A DNA stretch of 64,000 nucleotides from Eledone cirrhosa (taxonomy: Eukaryota), in contig OZ024761.1 of the NCBI GenBank assembly GCA_964016885.1, forward strand, positions 21,080,001-21,144,000. The letters run 5' to 3'. The translations under genes and the position numbers were made by a program. Shown here in pieces: positions 1 to 14,282 of the stretch. The notes under the pieces are model-generated. The model was not told the origin of the DNA. It did no database searches and saw only the letters and a list, made by a program, of their open reading frames with translations. How positions within the stretch are numbered: the stretch's first letter is position 1; each line of letters begins with the position of its first letter.

Positions 1-365
1 CTTTTCCACACTAGCATGGTTTAGACAAGTTATCCTGTTGTGGCCAATGCTAGGTCAGGTGCCCGTATCATGCTCATACAGAACTGTTTCTAGCTTGGTT
101 TCTACAGCTGGATGCCCTTCTTAAATCTACAGAAATAAGGTTCAAACTTTTGCCCATTTCTCAGACATAGAATAGTGAGGTCAGCTTATAGTGGAGTATA
201 ATCAATAAATAAGACAGCAATGTATTTGTTTAGCAAACAGATCTTGTTATAGTTAAGTTACTTATCTTGATGTTGCCACAAAATAGTAAAATACACTCAC
301 TGTTTGGTTGGTTGAAATAAAGTCGTGTGTTGAAACTTATCATATTTGGAGAGGGTCGGGTCATT

Positions 366-916
366 TAGTGAAGGCGTGTGGCTGAGTGGTTAGAGAATTG
401 GATTCACAATCGTGAGGTTGTGAGTTCGATTCCTGGACCAGGCGATGCGTTATGTCCTTGAGCAAGACACTTTATTTTACGTTGCTCCTTCTACCTGGAG
501 TTGCGACCGGTAGATAGTATTAGTAATTGGAAAGACCAATGGAAACATTGTTTCCTCAGTCCGATTTGACGAAAGTTGATTGACTTTCAATGTTGTCCTA
601 ATATTACCAGAAAAACAAATATTACTAGTAAAACACACTCTTAGTGAATGTATTTTACTATATATTTCTGGTGATATTAGAACATTTATTTGTTTTAGGC
701 GATCGACTTTCGTCAAATTGGACCAAGGAAACAATGTTTCCGTTGGTCTTTCCCATTACTAATACTATCTATCGGTCACCACTCCAGGTAGAAGGAGCAA
801 CGGGAAATAAAGTGTCTTGCTCAAGGACATAACGCATCACCTGGTCCAGGAATCGAACTGACAACCTCACGATTGTGAATCCAATTCTCTAACCACTCAG
901 CCACACGCCTTCACTA
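366..916. mobile_element. Palindromic (fold-back) element with tRNA-SINE heads at both ends
   Basis: 366-582 is the reverse complement of 700-916; A box tggctgagtgg and B box gttcgattcc in each arm; spacer also self-complementary. Confidence 0.85.
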
Positions 917-1931
917 GAACAACATGACCCACCCCAAATATAACAATAAATAAGAACCCTTTAAAATGAGCAGTTTTGTTTCATAGAAACGGTGTCAGGT
1001 TTAGGCAAGCTGGTAACAAAAGGGTTAAAAGGTTCCTATGCCTATAGGGTTGCTTTTTGTCTTATCTCTTGCGAGGATTCCAAACTTTAACCGAGCAGTT
1101 AGGAAATGATTATTTTTGTAAATCGTTATGGCAACTAATTAAAAAGTATGACTTAATAATTGGAGTTACATTGTAAATATTTCAATTTATTGAATTGAAC
1201 TGATTTTTTTTTGTGTGGGGTGGGGTGGAGGGGGTTATTATTTGTTTTGTGGTTGTTGTTGTTGTTGTTGTTGTTTTTCAAATATTTTATTTAAATTAAT
1301 ATTGACAATAGCTACTTGTGTAAAGTAGTAGTGGTATTGTTGACAGTGAGGAGGAGAGAGAAGACATTGTTGTGGCCATATTGATTTCTTTATTAGCCAC
1401 AAGGGCGCAACAAGAAAGGGGACAATACAAAGACATGCCGGGGATTTTACATACAGTCGTGTAAAAAAATATTGTGGTCATATTGTTAGTTAACTATGAA
1501 GGAAGGAGTTGATGGTGGGGATGGGGAAGGGAGGAGATAGTGGGGATGGTGGGGAAGGGAGGGGATGGTGGGGGAGGGAGGAGATGGTGGGGATGGTGGT
1601 GGTTGAAGAAGAAGAGGAAAGAGTTCTTGTCTGCTTTGTTGGTGTTGTTAGTTAACTAACAATAAAGGGAGGTGGTGGAGAGACGGGGAAGGAAGGAGAT
1701 AATGGTGGCTGAAGAAAAGGGAAGAGTTCTTGGAAAGAAGGAGATGAAGAAAGTGGGGGGACATTGGAATGAAGACAGAGAAGGAAGAAGAAAGAGTGAG
1801 TGTGGGGGAGGAAGGAAGAGTGAGTGGGGGAGGAAGGAAGGAGGAAGGAAGAGTTGACATTGAAGAAAATGGGGGGGGGGGTATTAAAGGAAGAAGAGGA
1901 AAGAGAAAAGCAAACAAAAAAGAGTTGAGAG

Positions 1932-2870
1932 AGTATATATAGTAGAGGGAGGAAGGGAGGGAGAGTATATATAGTATAGGGAGGGAGGGAGGGAGGGAGA
2001 GTATATATTGTATAGGGAGGGAGGGAGAGTGTATATAGTATAGGGAGGGAGTGTATATAGTATAGGGAGGGAGGGAGAGTGTATATAGTATAGGGAGGGA
2101 GGGAGGGAGGGAGAGTATATATAGTATAGGGAGGGAGGGAGGGAGGGAGAGTATATATTGTATAGGGAGGGAGGGAGAGTGTATATAGTATAGGGAGGGA
2201 GGGAGAGTGTATATAGTATAGGGAGGGAGGGAGTGTATATATAGTAGAGGGAGGAAGGGAGGGAGAGTATATATAGTATAGGGAGGGAGGGAGAGTGTAT
2301 ATAGTATAGGGAGGGAGGGAGGGAGAGTATATAGTATAGGGAGGGAGTGTATATAGTATAGGGAGGGAGGGAGAGTGTATATAGTATAGGGAGGGAGGGA
2401 GGGAGAGTATATATAGTATAGGGAGGGAGTATATATAGTATAGGGAGGGAGTGTATATAGTATAGGGAGGGAGGGAGGGAGAGTATATATAGTATAGGGA
2501 GGGAGTGTATATAGTATAGGGAGGGAGGGAGAGTGTATATAGTATAGGGAGGGAGGGAGGGAGGGAGAGTGTATATAGTATAGGGAGGGAGGGAGGGAGA
2601 GTATATATAGTATAGGGAGGGAGTGTATATAGTATAGGGAGGGAGGGAGAGTGTATATAGTATAGGGAGGGAGGGAGGGAGAGTATATATAGTATAGGGA
2701 GGGAGGGAGGGAGAGTATATATAGTATAGGGAGGGAGGGAGGGAGAGTATATATAGTATAGGGAGGGAGGGAGGGAGAGTATATATAGTAGAGGGAGGGA
2801 GGGAGGGAGAGTATATATAGTAGAGGGAGGGAGGGAGGGAGAGTATATATAGTAGAGGGAGGGTATATAG
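1932..2870 (+). repeat. (GGGA)n-gagtatatatagtata variable minisatellite
   Basis: Direct inspection. Confidence 0.9.
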
Positions 2871-3622
2871 AGATAGTATAGGAAGGAAGAGGTGGGGTGA
2901 TGGGAAATTATATAGTATAAGGGGAGGGGGAGGAGGTGTCCTCAATGACGTCAATAGGAAATGTTCTGTCATTGGTAAATTAACAGAATGAACAGCAGCA
3001 GCAGCTGTTGTTTGTCACCTTGATGGTGGTGACTGGTGTGGTGTAGTGTGGTGGTGTGGTGTAGTGGTGGTGGTGGTAGTGGTGTGGTGAGAATGATGAT
3101 GATTGTGATGATGATAGTGGTGTTGGTGGTGGAGATAAGACATCATAATTACTGAACAATATATTTTTATTTGTTGGAGGGGATGGGGGGAGTTAAGGCC
3201 ATCTTGTAGACAGGTGGAAGAAGGACTTGTCACATATATCACAGTGGTCACCTCTCTCTCCTCTCACCTGTTCACCTTAACAGACACAGTTTACAATAGT
3301 ATTTTAAGAAAATAATCTTTCTCTTAAATGGAAGAAATGAAATTTCATTTCTCACTCTTAGTACGGCTGATACTTAAGTGTAAGTATGTATGTATGTATA
3401 CGTACATACGTATATATATATATACAGGCGTACAGTAGTATGTATATATATACATACATGCACACATATATATATGTACGTATGGGTTTACCGAACATTT
3501 ATTATAATGTTCAGTTTGTTTGTAAACAAACAGCCCGAATTAAGCCGTACAGTGTTCGGCAACCATCGTTGCCCTTTTGTTCAACACTGACAAAGGAACG
3601 ATGAACTAGTTTGTCTTTGTCT

Positions 3623-3669
<47 letters not shown>

Positions 3670-3944
3670 TGTTTAATATAGAAATGGCTTATACAGGACT
3701 AGAACTGTTTCATTCAAAAGAAATCACGAGGAAAGGGCTTTCCTGGTGATTGTTCTTTTTTTTTAATGAAACGGTTCTAGTTCTGTAGAAGAAATTTTCT
3801 ATATTAAACATGATGTTTACACTCTACTAATGTATTGAGTACCTTACTTACTGTGGTTACTCCTGATTGAACCCAGGATAAACATATATATATATATATA
3901 TATATATATAGGCTGTAAGGTGGGTTATAGCAGGTGATCTTTCC

Positions 3945-4012
<68 letters not shown>

Positions 4013-4552
4013 CACATACACCCACCCACCCACACCCACACCCACACACACACACATTCACTCACACACACATACGTACATGTGCATATACACATACTTT
4101 CTCAATATTAAGCTGGTGTTTGGAGCATTACTTTGCAAGGATTCTTAGATAAGCTTATGATCGAAAGGCTTTCAGATGAATATAAACAGTTTTAAAACAA
4201 AGAGCTTAGTATGATAAACAGGGAAGACGGGCAGATACAAATGGTTTGGTACACAAAGGGTTAAAGAAGATTCTAGAAAGGGAACAAACTTGGATTTATG
4301 TCAATTATAGTAATCCTCAGATCGTATCTTTTAAATGTATTAATAAGATCTTTTCTAAATCTATCCATTTTCTGACCCTATCTCGTATCACTGGGGACTA
4401 TTAACTCACAACATCCTGTTTCACATGAAACCACATTGGCAAGATATTACTGAAAAGTATAGCTGTATCGCATTAAATGTGTCTGAGTGCATTTAACTAT
4501 ATTATGTATATGCTTGTGTGTGTGTTGTGTGTTTCTGTGTCGATATAACAAC

Positions 4553-4554
<2 letters not shown>

Positions 4555-4588
<34 letters not shown>

Positions 4589-4734
4589 TCTGTGTGTGTG
4601 TGTGCATATATATGTACAGGTATATTATCATCATCGTTTAACATCTATCTTCCATCCTATATATATATATATATATATATACATAGGTGTTTGTGTATAT
4701 TTACATACAAATATATATGTATGTATGTGTATAG

Positions 4735-4774
<40 letters not shown>

Positions 4775-4812
4775 ATATATATATGTGTGTGTATGTGTAT
4801 GTGTGTGTGTAC

Positions 4813-4846
<34 letters not shown>

Positions 4847-4993
4847 ATATATATATATGTGTATATATATATATGTATGTGTGTGTAAATATATGTATGT
4901 GTGTGTGTATATATATATATGTGTGTATATATATGTATGTGTGTGTGTGTGTATATATATATGTATGTGTGTGTGTATATATATGTGTGTGTG

Positions 4994-5042
<49 letters not shown>

Positions 5043-5059
5043 GTATATGAGAGTGTGTG

Positions 5060-5106
<47 letters not shown>

Positions 5107-5535
5107 GTATGTGTGTGTGTATATATATATATATATATGTGTGTGTATATATATATGTATATATGAGTGTGTATATATATATAGTAAATGGTATAATATT
5201 TAGGTTAGGTGTTAATTAACTCTTGTTATTACAATAATTAGTCTGATAGTGAATATGTGACACAAAACCATATTGATTAATCCACCAATTTTACTGACAG
5301 GTTTTTATTTATTGGTTTTATTTATTTATTTGTTGTTTTTTTATTTATTTATTTATGAATATCACCTTTCTGGTGAGAAATTCTGGTTTAGCTTCATATA
5401 TCTTTACAACCATTATGAGTGTGTGTAGGTGTGTGTGTATGTGTGTGTATATATATATATGTATATATATATATGTATATATATATATGTATATATATAT
5501 ATATGTATGTATATATATATGTATGTATATATATG

Positions 5536-5576
<41 letters not shown>

Positions 5577-5613
5577 GTATATGTATATATATATGTATAT
5601 ATATATATATATG

Positions 5614-5652
<39 letters not shown>

Positions 5653-5693
5653 ATATATATATATATATATATATACATACATATATATATATG

Positions 5694-5724
<31 letters not shown>

Positions 5725-5735
5725 GTATATATATG

Positions 5736-5766
<31 letters not shown>

Positions 5767-5767
5767 G

Positions 5768-5855
<88 letters not shown>

Positions 5856-5928
5856 TGTATGTATATATATATGTATATATATATATATATATGTATGTAT
5901 ATATATATATATATATATATATACATAC

Positions 5929-5980
<52 letters not shown>

Positions 5981-5991
5981 GTATATATATG

Positions 5992-6026
<35 letters not shown>

Positions 6027-6035
6027 GTATATACA

Positions 6036-6082
<47 letters not shown>

Positions 6083-6141
6083 GTATGTATATATATATAT
6101 ATATATATATATACATACATATATATATATGTATATATATG

Positions 6142-6222
<81 letters not shown>

Positions 6223-6393
6223 GTATATACATATATGTATATATATATATATATATTGAAATTGCGAGGATAGTTTCAGCTCATCGTGTGATTATTCATT
6301 ATATAGAACATTCCTAGCAGGCATTTTTTTATTCATATTTTGTTGACACATATAACCTTTTATATATATATTTGCCAGGTTGTGCTATCAAAG

Positions 6394-6480
<87 letters not shown>
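4555..6480. repeat. Long (TA)n/(TG)n microsatellite fields
   Basis: Main blocks 4555-5183 and 5417-6256; similar field at 60157-60680. Confidence 0.95.
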
Positions 6481-6483
<3 letters not shown>

Positions 6484-6820
6484 TCATTTCATTTTCATCA
6501 TTTCATTTTACGTCCACTTTTCCCTGCTTGCAAGGGTGGGACGGGAACTGATTCTGGCTTGATTACAACAGCTGGATGCCCTTCCTAACACCAACCTCAT
6601 TTACAGTGAGTGCTGGGTGCTTTTTTGCCGTGGCACCTCCACGACCACTTTGCAGTGGAATGATAGGGACCCCAGTCCCTATCATCTCATTTGTACAGCT
6701 GAGTAAACTGGAGCAATGTGAAATAAAGTGTCTTGCTCAAGGAAACAACACATCTCCCGGTCTGAGAATTGAACTCACAACCTTTCGATTGCAAGGCCAA
6801 TGCTCTAACCACTAAGCCAT
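6480..6820 (-). mobile_element. tRNA-head SINE with RTE-type 3' end
   Basis: Minus strand: A box tggcttagtgg, B box gagttcaattc, body ccttgagcaagacacttt, then ggtgttaggaagggcatccagc and (atg)n tail. Confidence 0.7.
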
Positions 6821-6987
6821 GTATATATGTGTATATGTATATATGTGTGTGTGTGTGTGTGTGTATACATACATACACACACTGTTCACGTTTCTGACAT
6901 GTGTACATTATTCTATGTACTATACATGCACCTTTGATGAGTTGTAGTGCACCTGAGCACTGTACACATTATTATTATATATACAAA

Positions 6988-7990
6988 TATATATTTCTAT
7001 GTTATATTATATCCCAGCCACCTCACAACATATATATTCCTCTCTGTTATATTACAGCCACCTCACAACATATATATTCCTCTCTGTTATATTACAGCCA
7101 CCTCACAACATATATATTCCTCTCTGTTATATTACAGCCACCTCACAACATATATATTCCTCTCTGTTATATTACAGCCACCTCACAACATATATATTCC
7201 TCTCTGTTATATTACAGCCACCTCACAACATATATATTCCTGTCTGTTATATTACAGCCATCTCACAACATATATATTCCTCTCTGTTATATCCCAGCCA
7301 CCTCACAACATATATATTTCTGTCTGTTATATTACAGCCACCTCACAACATATATATTCCTCTCTGTTATATTACAGCCACCTCACAACATATATATTTC
7401 TGTCTGTTATATTACAGCCACCTCACAACATATATATTCCTCTCTGTTATATTACAGCCACCTCACAACATATATATTCCTCTCTGTTATATTACAGCCA
7501 CCTCACAACATATATATTCCTCTCTGTTATATTACAGCCACCTCACAACATATATATTCCTCTCTGTTATATTACAGCCATCTCACAACATATATATTCC
7601 TCTCTGTTATATCCCAGCCACCTCACAACATATATATTCCTGTCTGTTATATTACAGCCATCTCACAACATATATATTCCTCTCTGTTATATTACAGCCA
7701 TCTCACAACATATATATTCCTCTCTGTTATATTACAGCCACCTCACAACATATATATTCCTCTCTGTTATATTACAGCCACCTCACAACATATATATTCC
7801 TCTCTGTTATATTACAGCCACCTCACAACATATATATTCCTCTCTGTTATATTACAGCCATCTCACAACATATATATTCCTCTCTGTTATATTACAGCCA
7901 CCTCACAACATATATATTCCTCTCTGTTATATTACAGCCACCTCACAACATATATATTCCTCTCTGTTATATTACAGCCACCTCACAACA
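6988..7990 (+). repeat. 40-bp minisatellite, ~25 copies, spanning an intron/exon boundary
   Basis: Unit ccacctcacaacatatatattcctctctgttatattacag. Confidence 0.95.
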
Positions 7991-8178
7991 TGAACAAACC
8001 TCCTGGACGTCTCTTAGCAGATAGCCGTTTACCTGCAATGGTAGGATCAGGTCAAGTCAATGTGTACATAGCCAAATACAACTACGACCCTTTCCAGTTC
8101 TCACCCAATGAGAACCCTGAAACTGAGCTGGCCCTTAATTCCGGGGATTATGTGTTTATCAGTGGAGAGATGGATGAG
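7978..8178 (+). CDS. RIMBP2: RIMS-binding protein exon (N-half of first SH3 domain)
   Basis: PPHNMNKPPGRLLADSRLPAMVGSGQVNVYIAKYNYDPFQFSPNENPETELALNSGDYVFISGEMDE; SH3 motif AKYNYDP...ELAL..GD; donor GAG|GT at 8178. Acceptor ttacag|7978 assumed; alternative AG at 8020. Confidence 0.85.
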
Positions 8179-8480
8179 GTTTGTTACAGTTTTTATCTTA
8201 TTTTTTTTCGTTTTTTTTTTTTTGTGGTGGTGGGGAGGGGGGGGTGTCTCTTAGAAAATAAGGAATATTTTTTAATTTTGAAAAAAAATATTTTCGAAGG
8301 TTACTGTAATGTAAATATGAAATCATACAAATGAAATAGTTCTAGTCCTGTAAAAGTCATTTCTATAATATATATATATATATATAATTATATATATATA
8401 TATATATAATTATATATATATATATAATTATAATGAAATGACAGGAGGCTGGATTTGTGTAAATCCTTGAAAGGTTTATT

Positions 8481-8538
8481 ATACTATGATCATTTCAATG
8501 ACCGGGTTCCGTATGAATCCGGTGATATCATCAGGTAT
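8481..8538 (-). ncRNA. Hammerhead ribozyme
   Basis: ATAC-CTGATGA-[accggattc/gaacccggt stem]-GAAA-TGATCA-TA|GTAT. Confidence 0.7.
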
Positions 8539-8640
8539 TCGAAATATAATAAGTGAATGTAATAGATAAAATCCATGGGGCTGAAAATCAAAAACCCGAG
8601 GGCGACCGCCATCCAGCATCTTCTGCCGGTCGCCCTCGAA

Positions 8641-8710
<70 letters not shown>

Positions 8711-8848
8711 TACAGTAGTAATAATAATAAATGCGAAGACTAAAATCCAAAGAGGGCTCGATAAGGATAAATATATATCAAATATATAAGAACCATAGAG
8801 CAAATAAGGGTGAAAGCAGCGATTCTTTGCTTAAACTTTAATCTGTTA

Positions 8849-8893
<45 letters not shown>

Positions 8894-9263
8894 ATCCATC
8901 TATCTAGCTATCCATCCATCCAACCAATAAATGTAATGAAGGAGTAACCATTCGTCCTTGTATCATTATATTACACTCTGTCTAGCTCTACACCTCAACA
9001 CTGAAGTGAATCTAAACATTGAGTACTCACCTGGGTAAACCTACAGTAACTCCGCGTTACACTCCCTGGATATATATATATATGTGTATGTGTGTGTGTG
9101 TCGGGGGGTAACCACAGTAAGTAAAGTACTCAATACATAGCAGACTATAAATATTTTCCTGCTGATTTCCTTCAAATGAAACAGTTCTAGTCCTGTAGAA
9201 GCCATTTCTACATTAAATATATATATATATATATATATGGACGTAAAACTGATAATGATGATG

Positions 9264-9301
<38 letters not shown>

Positions 9302-9378
9302 ATGGCTGCCCCCTTGTTATCGAGTATGGCCATTGCACGAAACATATATATATATAGAATGGAAAACGAAAAACCAGA

Positions 9379-9468
9379 CGTGTCTGAGGAACCTGCAAAT
9401 CCAGAGTCAGGTCGATCCACACACAGATCGCACCTCGAGCTGTTCGCTGGGGAAACAATTGTAATACG
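9379..9468 (+). ncRNA. Hammerhead-like motif inside 24-bp inverted repeats
   Basis: CGTGT-CTGAGGA-...-GAAA-CAATTG-TA|ATACG; relative at ~35591-35680. Confidence 0.55.
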
Positions 9469-9590
9469 CAATAAATTGAGTTCTGATGCATCACTGATTT
9501 TTCGTTTTCCATTCTATCATACTCTGCTGTGTAGGAGCATAGAGTGCTCCACCGGCATACCGCCTATGGACGCATCTTAGCTACCATAAG

Positions 9591-9639
<49 letters not shown>

Positions 9640-10411
9640 AAAACAAGATGGCGTAGGAGAGGCACAAAACAAAGAAAAGAATCCCCAGTCACTGAAGAGG
9701 TCACAGAATGTGTGACGAAAGAACTTTTACTATATATGAACAACCGTCCGGTTGTGGAACCAACCAGCCAACCGGAAATTTATAAATTTTTTTAACTTAT
9801 AATTATATTTATAATAAATTGGAGTGAAAGCAACTGGTGCGTGTGTTTCTTATTGGCAACATGACCCTCCCAAAGTATAACAATATATATATATATAGAA
9901 TAAGAAAATGCGAAGTAGTTTCAGATGTTAAAGTCCTTTATTGGTAATGCTGTGATATATATTTCAATGATGACAGTGGCCACATGATTCCGTGTACCCA
10001 GTGCTGTGACATCATCAGACAGCTTCTTATATAATAAGGTTACGTTCCCAATGCAATCCAAACAGAAATGACAAGGGAACTGACAAGGTGCGTGTTCCTG
10101 AAATATATTAATAAAAGGAGGCAATATTTGCTTTGTTCAGGATTATTTAAAACTACGTTATACATATTTCACTGAGGACTATCAGTTATGTCCAATAAGA
10201 CATCTTCCTGTCAGCCACGTGGACTCTGCAGTGATGGATGTGATATCAATTCTATCTCGTTAACAGATTCTAACACCACAACTTTCTAATCTATAAAACT
10301 TCATTAATTTAATCTGTCATTGTAGAAGAGATAATGTAATCTTTCATAAAACTAAAGGAGGTTAACGTTTTTATGCTTTCTCTTTATTACATCCTTACGT
10401 GTTCCAGTTGA

Positions 10412-11015
10412 TTGGCTGAGGCCATGCTGGGGCACTGCCATTAGGCTGAGGCCATGCTGGGGCACTGCTATTGAGCTGAGGCCATGCTGGGCACTGCTAT
10501 TGAGCTGAGGCCATGCTGGAGCACTGCTATTGAGCTGAGGCCATGCTGGAGCACTGCCACTAGGCTGAGGCCATGCTGGGGCACTGCCATTAGACTGAGG
10601 CCATGCTGGAGCACTGCTATTAGGCTGAGGCCATGCTGGGCACTGCTATTGAGCTGAGGCCATGCTGGGCACTGCTATTGAGCTGAGGCCATGCTGGAGC
10701 ACTGCTATTGAGCTGAGGCCATGCTGGAGCACTGCCACTAGGCTGAGGCCATGCTGGGGCACTGCCATTAGACTGAGGCCATGCTGGAGCACTGCTATTA
10801 GGCTGAGGCCATGCTGGAGCACTGCTATTGAGCTGAGGCCATGCTGGGGCACTGCTATTGAGCTGAGGCCATGCTGGAGCACTGCTATTGAGCTGAGGCC
10901 ATGCTGGAGCACTGCCACTAGGCTGAGGCCATGCTGGGGCACTGCCATTAGACTGAGGCCATGCTGGGGCACTGCCACTAGGCTGAGGCCATGCTGGAGC
11001 ACTGCCATTAGGCTG
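10412..11015 (+). repeat. 30-bp minisatellite, ~20 copies
   Basis: Unit gctgaggccatgctggagcactgctattga with variants. Confidence 0.93.
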
Positions 11016-11279
11016 ATAGATAGATAGATAGCTTTGTAGATATTTCTTTGGCAGCTACTGAAAAATAATCATTTATGTCATGTTTCATATTCCAAAGAAT
11101 CTTTGCTAATTATGGTCGTATCTGTTCTTTGTATTGCTAGTGTTGTTGTTGTTGTTGTTGTCTACCTTCCATTGTCACCACTGTCTCTCGTCTAGACATC
11201 TTCTCACTGTGAAGTATCTCTATTTTTACATACCATCCACAACAGGCCTTGCTAGCATTTCTCACGTTTACTTTCTCTC

Positions 11280-11314
<35 letters not shown>

Positions 11315-11365
11315 ATAATACATATATATGTGTGTGTGTATGTGTATATATATATATGCATATAA

Positions 11366-11443
<78 letters not shown>

Positions 11444-11689
11444 CTTGCCCACTCTATCTCTTCTGCTAATATTTCTTCTGTCAATTAAAAGGAAACATAA
11501 CTACTAAGGTTTCTCATGGAAAGAGGAAGAAAAAGAAGAAAAAGAACAACAACAACAACAACAGCAACAAAACTCTGTTTATTGTGAATTTCTTCTCTTT
11601 CCAGTCCCAAACTCAGGGACACCAATTCTGTGTTTGGCTGAAATAGTAAAACAGAAACAACAACAAAATAATTAATAATAATATTAATT

Positions 11690-11860
11690 GTTTCTACTTT
11701 TGGCACAAGGCCAGCAATTACCCCAGTACATTACTGGTACTTTATTTTATCGACTACCGTAAGGATGAAAGGCAAAGTTAACCTCGGCGGGATTTGAACT
11801 CAGATCATAAAGGGCCGTAACTCTATGCTTCAAAGCATAGCATCCGACCCTCTACCGATA
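11690..11860 (-). mobile_element. SINE family B
   Basis: Reverse complement of the 63701-63890 family. Confidence 0.85.
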
Positions 11861-12757
11861 CAGAATGTCAGGAAATCTCTAGTAATGTCTGATTTTGTCT
11901 GGAAATGTCTGATGATGTCTGATAATGTTAGGAAATGTCTGGCAATGTCTGATAATGTCTGAATTTGTCTGGAAATGTCTGATCATGTCAGGAAATCTCT
12001 AGTAATGTCTGATGTTGTCTGGTGATGTCTGATAAAGTCTGGTAATATCTTCTAAAGTCTGAATATGTCTGGAAATGTCATGTTTTGTCATGTCTTTACT
12101 TGAATCTCTCACCAATATCATATTTCATTTCTTTAGTTCCAGTGCCATTGTTTCATTTATTTCCCATTGTTCCATTTATTGTTCATTGCTTCACTTAGTC
12201 TCTTACTCACTCTCTCTCTCTCTCTCTCTCTTTCTCTCTTACTCTCTCTCTCTTACTCTCTCTTTCCTCCTCCTCCTCTCTCTTTCCTCCTCCTCCTCTC
12301 TCTTTCTCTCTCCTCTCTCTCTCTTTCCTCCTCCTCCTCTCTCTTTCTCTCTCCTCTCTCTCTCTCCTCCTCTCTCTCTCTCCTCCTCTCTCCTCTCTCT
12401 CTCTCCTCCTCTCTCTCTCTTTCTCTCTCTCCTCCTCTCTCTCCTCCTCTCTCTCCTCCTCTCTCTCTTTCTCTCTCCTCCTCTCGTTCTCTGTCTTTCT
12501 CTCTCCTCTCGTTCTCTGTCTTTCTCTCTGTCTTTCTCTCTCTCTCTCTCTATTTCCTGTTCTGTCTCTCTGTCTCCTTCTAATTATAATTTCTTCTTCT
12601 TCTTCTTCTTCTCAATATTATTATTATTATTATTATGTAATGAAATCCTCATTACATATTGTACAACTTCTCTCTCTGGTGAATTGAATAAATTTCACTT
12701 TACAAGCATTGACATCATTTCAAACTGAAAACTTATAATGTCCATATGTTGTGTGTG

Positions 12758-12857
<100 letters not shown>

Positions 12858-14126
12858 TGTATGTATATAATAGGTAGATGGGTGGATAGATAGACAGGCA
12901 GGTATGTAGGCAGGTAGGTAATTAAGAAGGTAGATAGTTAGATAGATAGGTAGGTAGATAGATAGATAGATAGAGGGATAGACTGACAGATATATAGATA
13001 GACAGATAGCTAGATAGATATGTTTCTTTATTAGCCACAGGGGCACAAAAGAAGGGGACAAATACAAAGGGGGAAGTTTACGTACAATAAAAACGTGTAA
13101 AATATTATCACAATTTTAAAAATTAGTCGATTTTCCCCAATGGGGGAGACATTTCATATGGGTAACACATACTCCTGAAAAAATGTGCAACCCTCATCTC
13201 CAGGAGTATAGCTAGATAGATAGATAGATAGACTGAGATAGATATAGATGTATAGATAGATAGATAGATGTGTATCAATGTCACAATCTGAGAAGTAAGT
13301 CTTCTGAAATGACATTTGTAAAATAAGACAAGTTTCTATACGATGAAAGAAATATCAGTTGTGACATTTTTGGCAAGGTCTTTCTGAAATGACACTGCTG
13401 ACATTTCAGTCTACTTCTTAAACAAAGAAAACACAGCGCCAACACCGCTGTGCACTAGACCCTAAACCCATCACCCTTACCCCACCCCCTTCTTTTCTTC
13501 TGTAGCCCTAGAGTTCTTCCTTTTTCCCATGTTTTCCTCTCATTTATAGTCCTTTCCTCTATTTTCCTCTACAACCCAAACATCTACCCTTCTTTATATC
13601 TTCCACTTCAATATCTTCAAACATGATTTCATATTAAAAAAAAACCAGCCATTTTCTATCTTTAATACTGAACTAATAAATAATTTTATTAAATCCCTCG
13701 AAATTTTTCATTAATTAATTACAAAACTGTTTCTTTCATTAGTAAAACAGTGACAAAGGAGTTTAACGAAGAATTTTACTGGTGTTGGTGGTGGTGGTGT
13801 TGGTGGTGGGAATGTTGGTGTTTTTTGTGTTGTTGGTGATGGTGTTGGTGTTGGTGGTGGGGATGTTGGTGTTGATGGTGTTGTTGTTGTTGGTGTTGTT
13901 GGTGATGGTGTTGGTGTTGGTGATGGTGTTGGTGGTGGTGGTGATTTTTGTGTTGGTGTTGTTGTTGCTGGTGATGGTAATGGTATTGGTGTGGTGTTGT
14001 TGGTGGTGGTGGTGTTGTTGTTGGTGGTGGTGGTGGTGTTGTTGTTGTTGGTGGTGGTGGTATTGGAGTTGTTATGTTTAATATGTTAGGATTTCTAAAA
14101 CTTTTCTTTCTTTCTCTTTTCGCTAG

Positions 14127-14202
14127 GATGGATTTTTTGAAGGAGAGTTGATAAATGGAAGCAAGGGGCTTGTCCCTTCCAATTTTGTTGAAAAAGTTCC
14201 AG
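14127..14202 (+). CDS. RIMBP2: RIMS-binding protein exon (C-half of first SH3)
   Basis: polypyrimidine-tag|[25 protein letters not shown]|gtaaaa; phase 0 to 1; matches the RIM-BP SH3 pattern [16 protein letters not shown]. Confidence 0.93.
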
Positions 14203-14282
14203 GTAAAAACAAATATATATTTATTAGTTTCTTTGTTAACAATCGCTATTTGATTAATTAATTAATTATTTAATTAATTGCT

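Noticed and set aside
368-445. tRNA gene
   Set aside because: A/B boxes run into a shared SINE body with no clear acceptor stem or terminator; treated as a SINE head
4447-6562. Long YI/VC/TH-rich, poly-V/T/G/H and poly-K ORFs here and elsewhere
   Set aside because: Translations of microsatellites that lack stop codons
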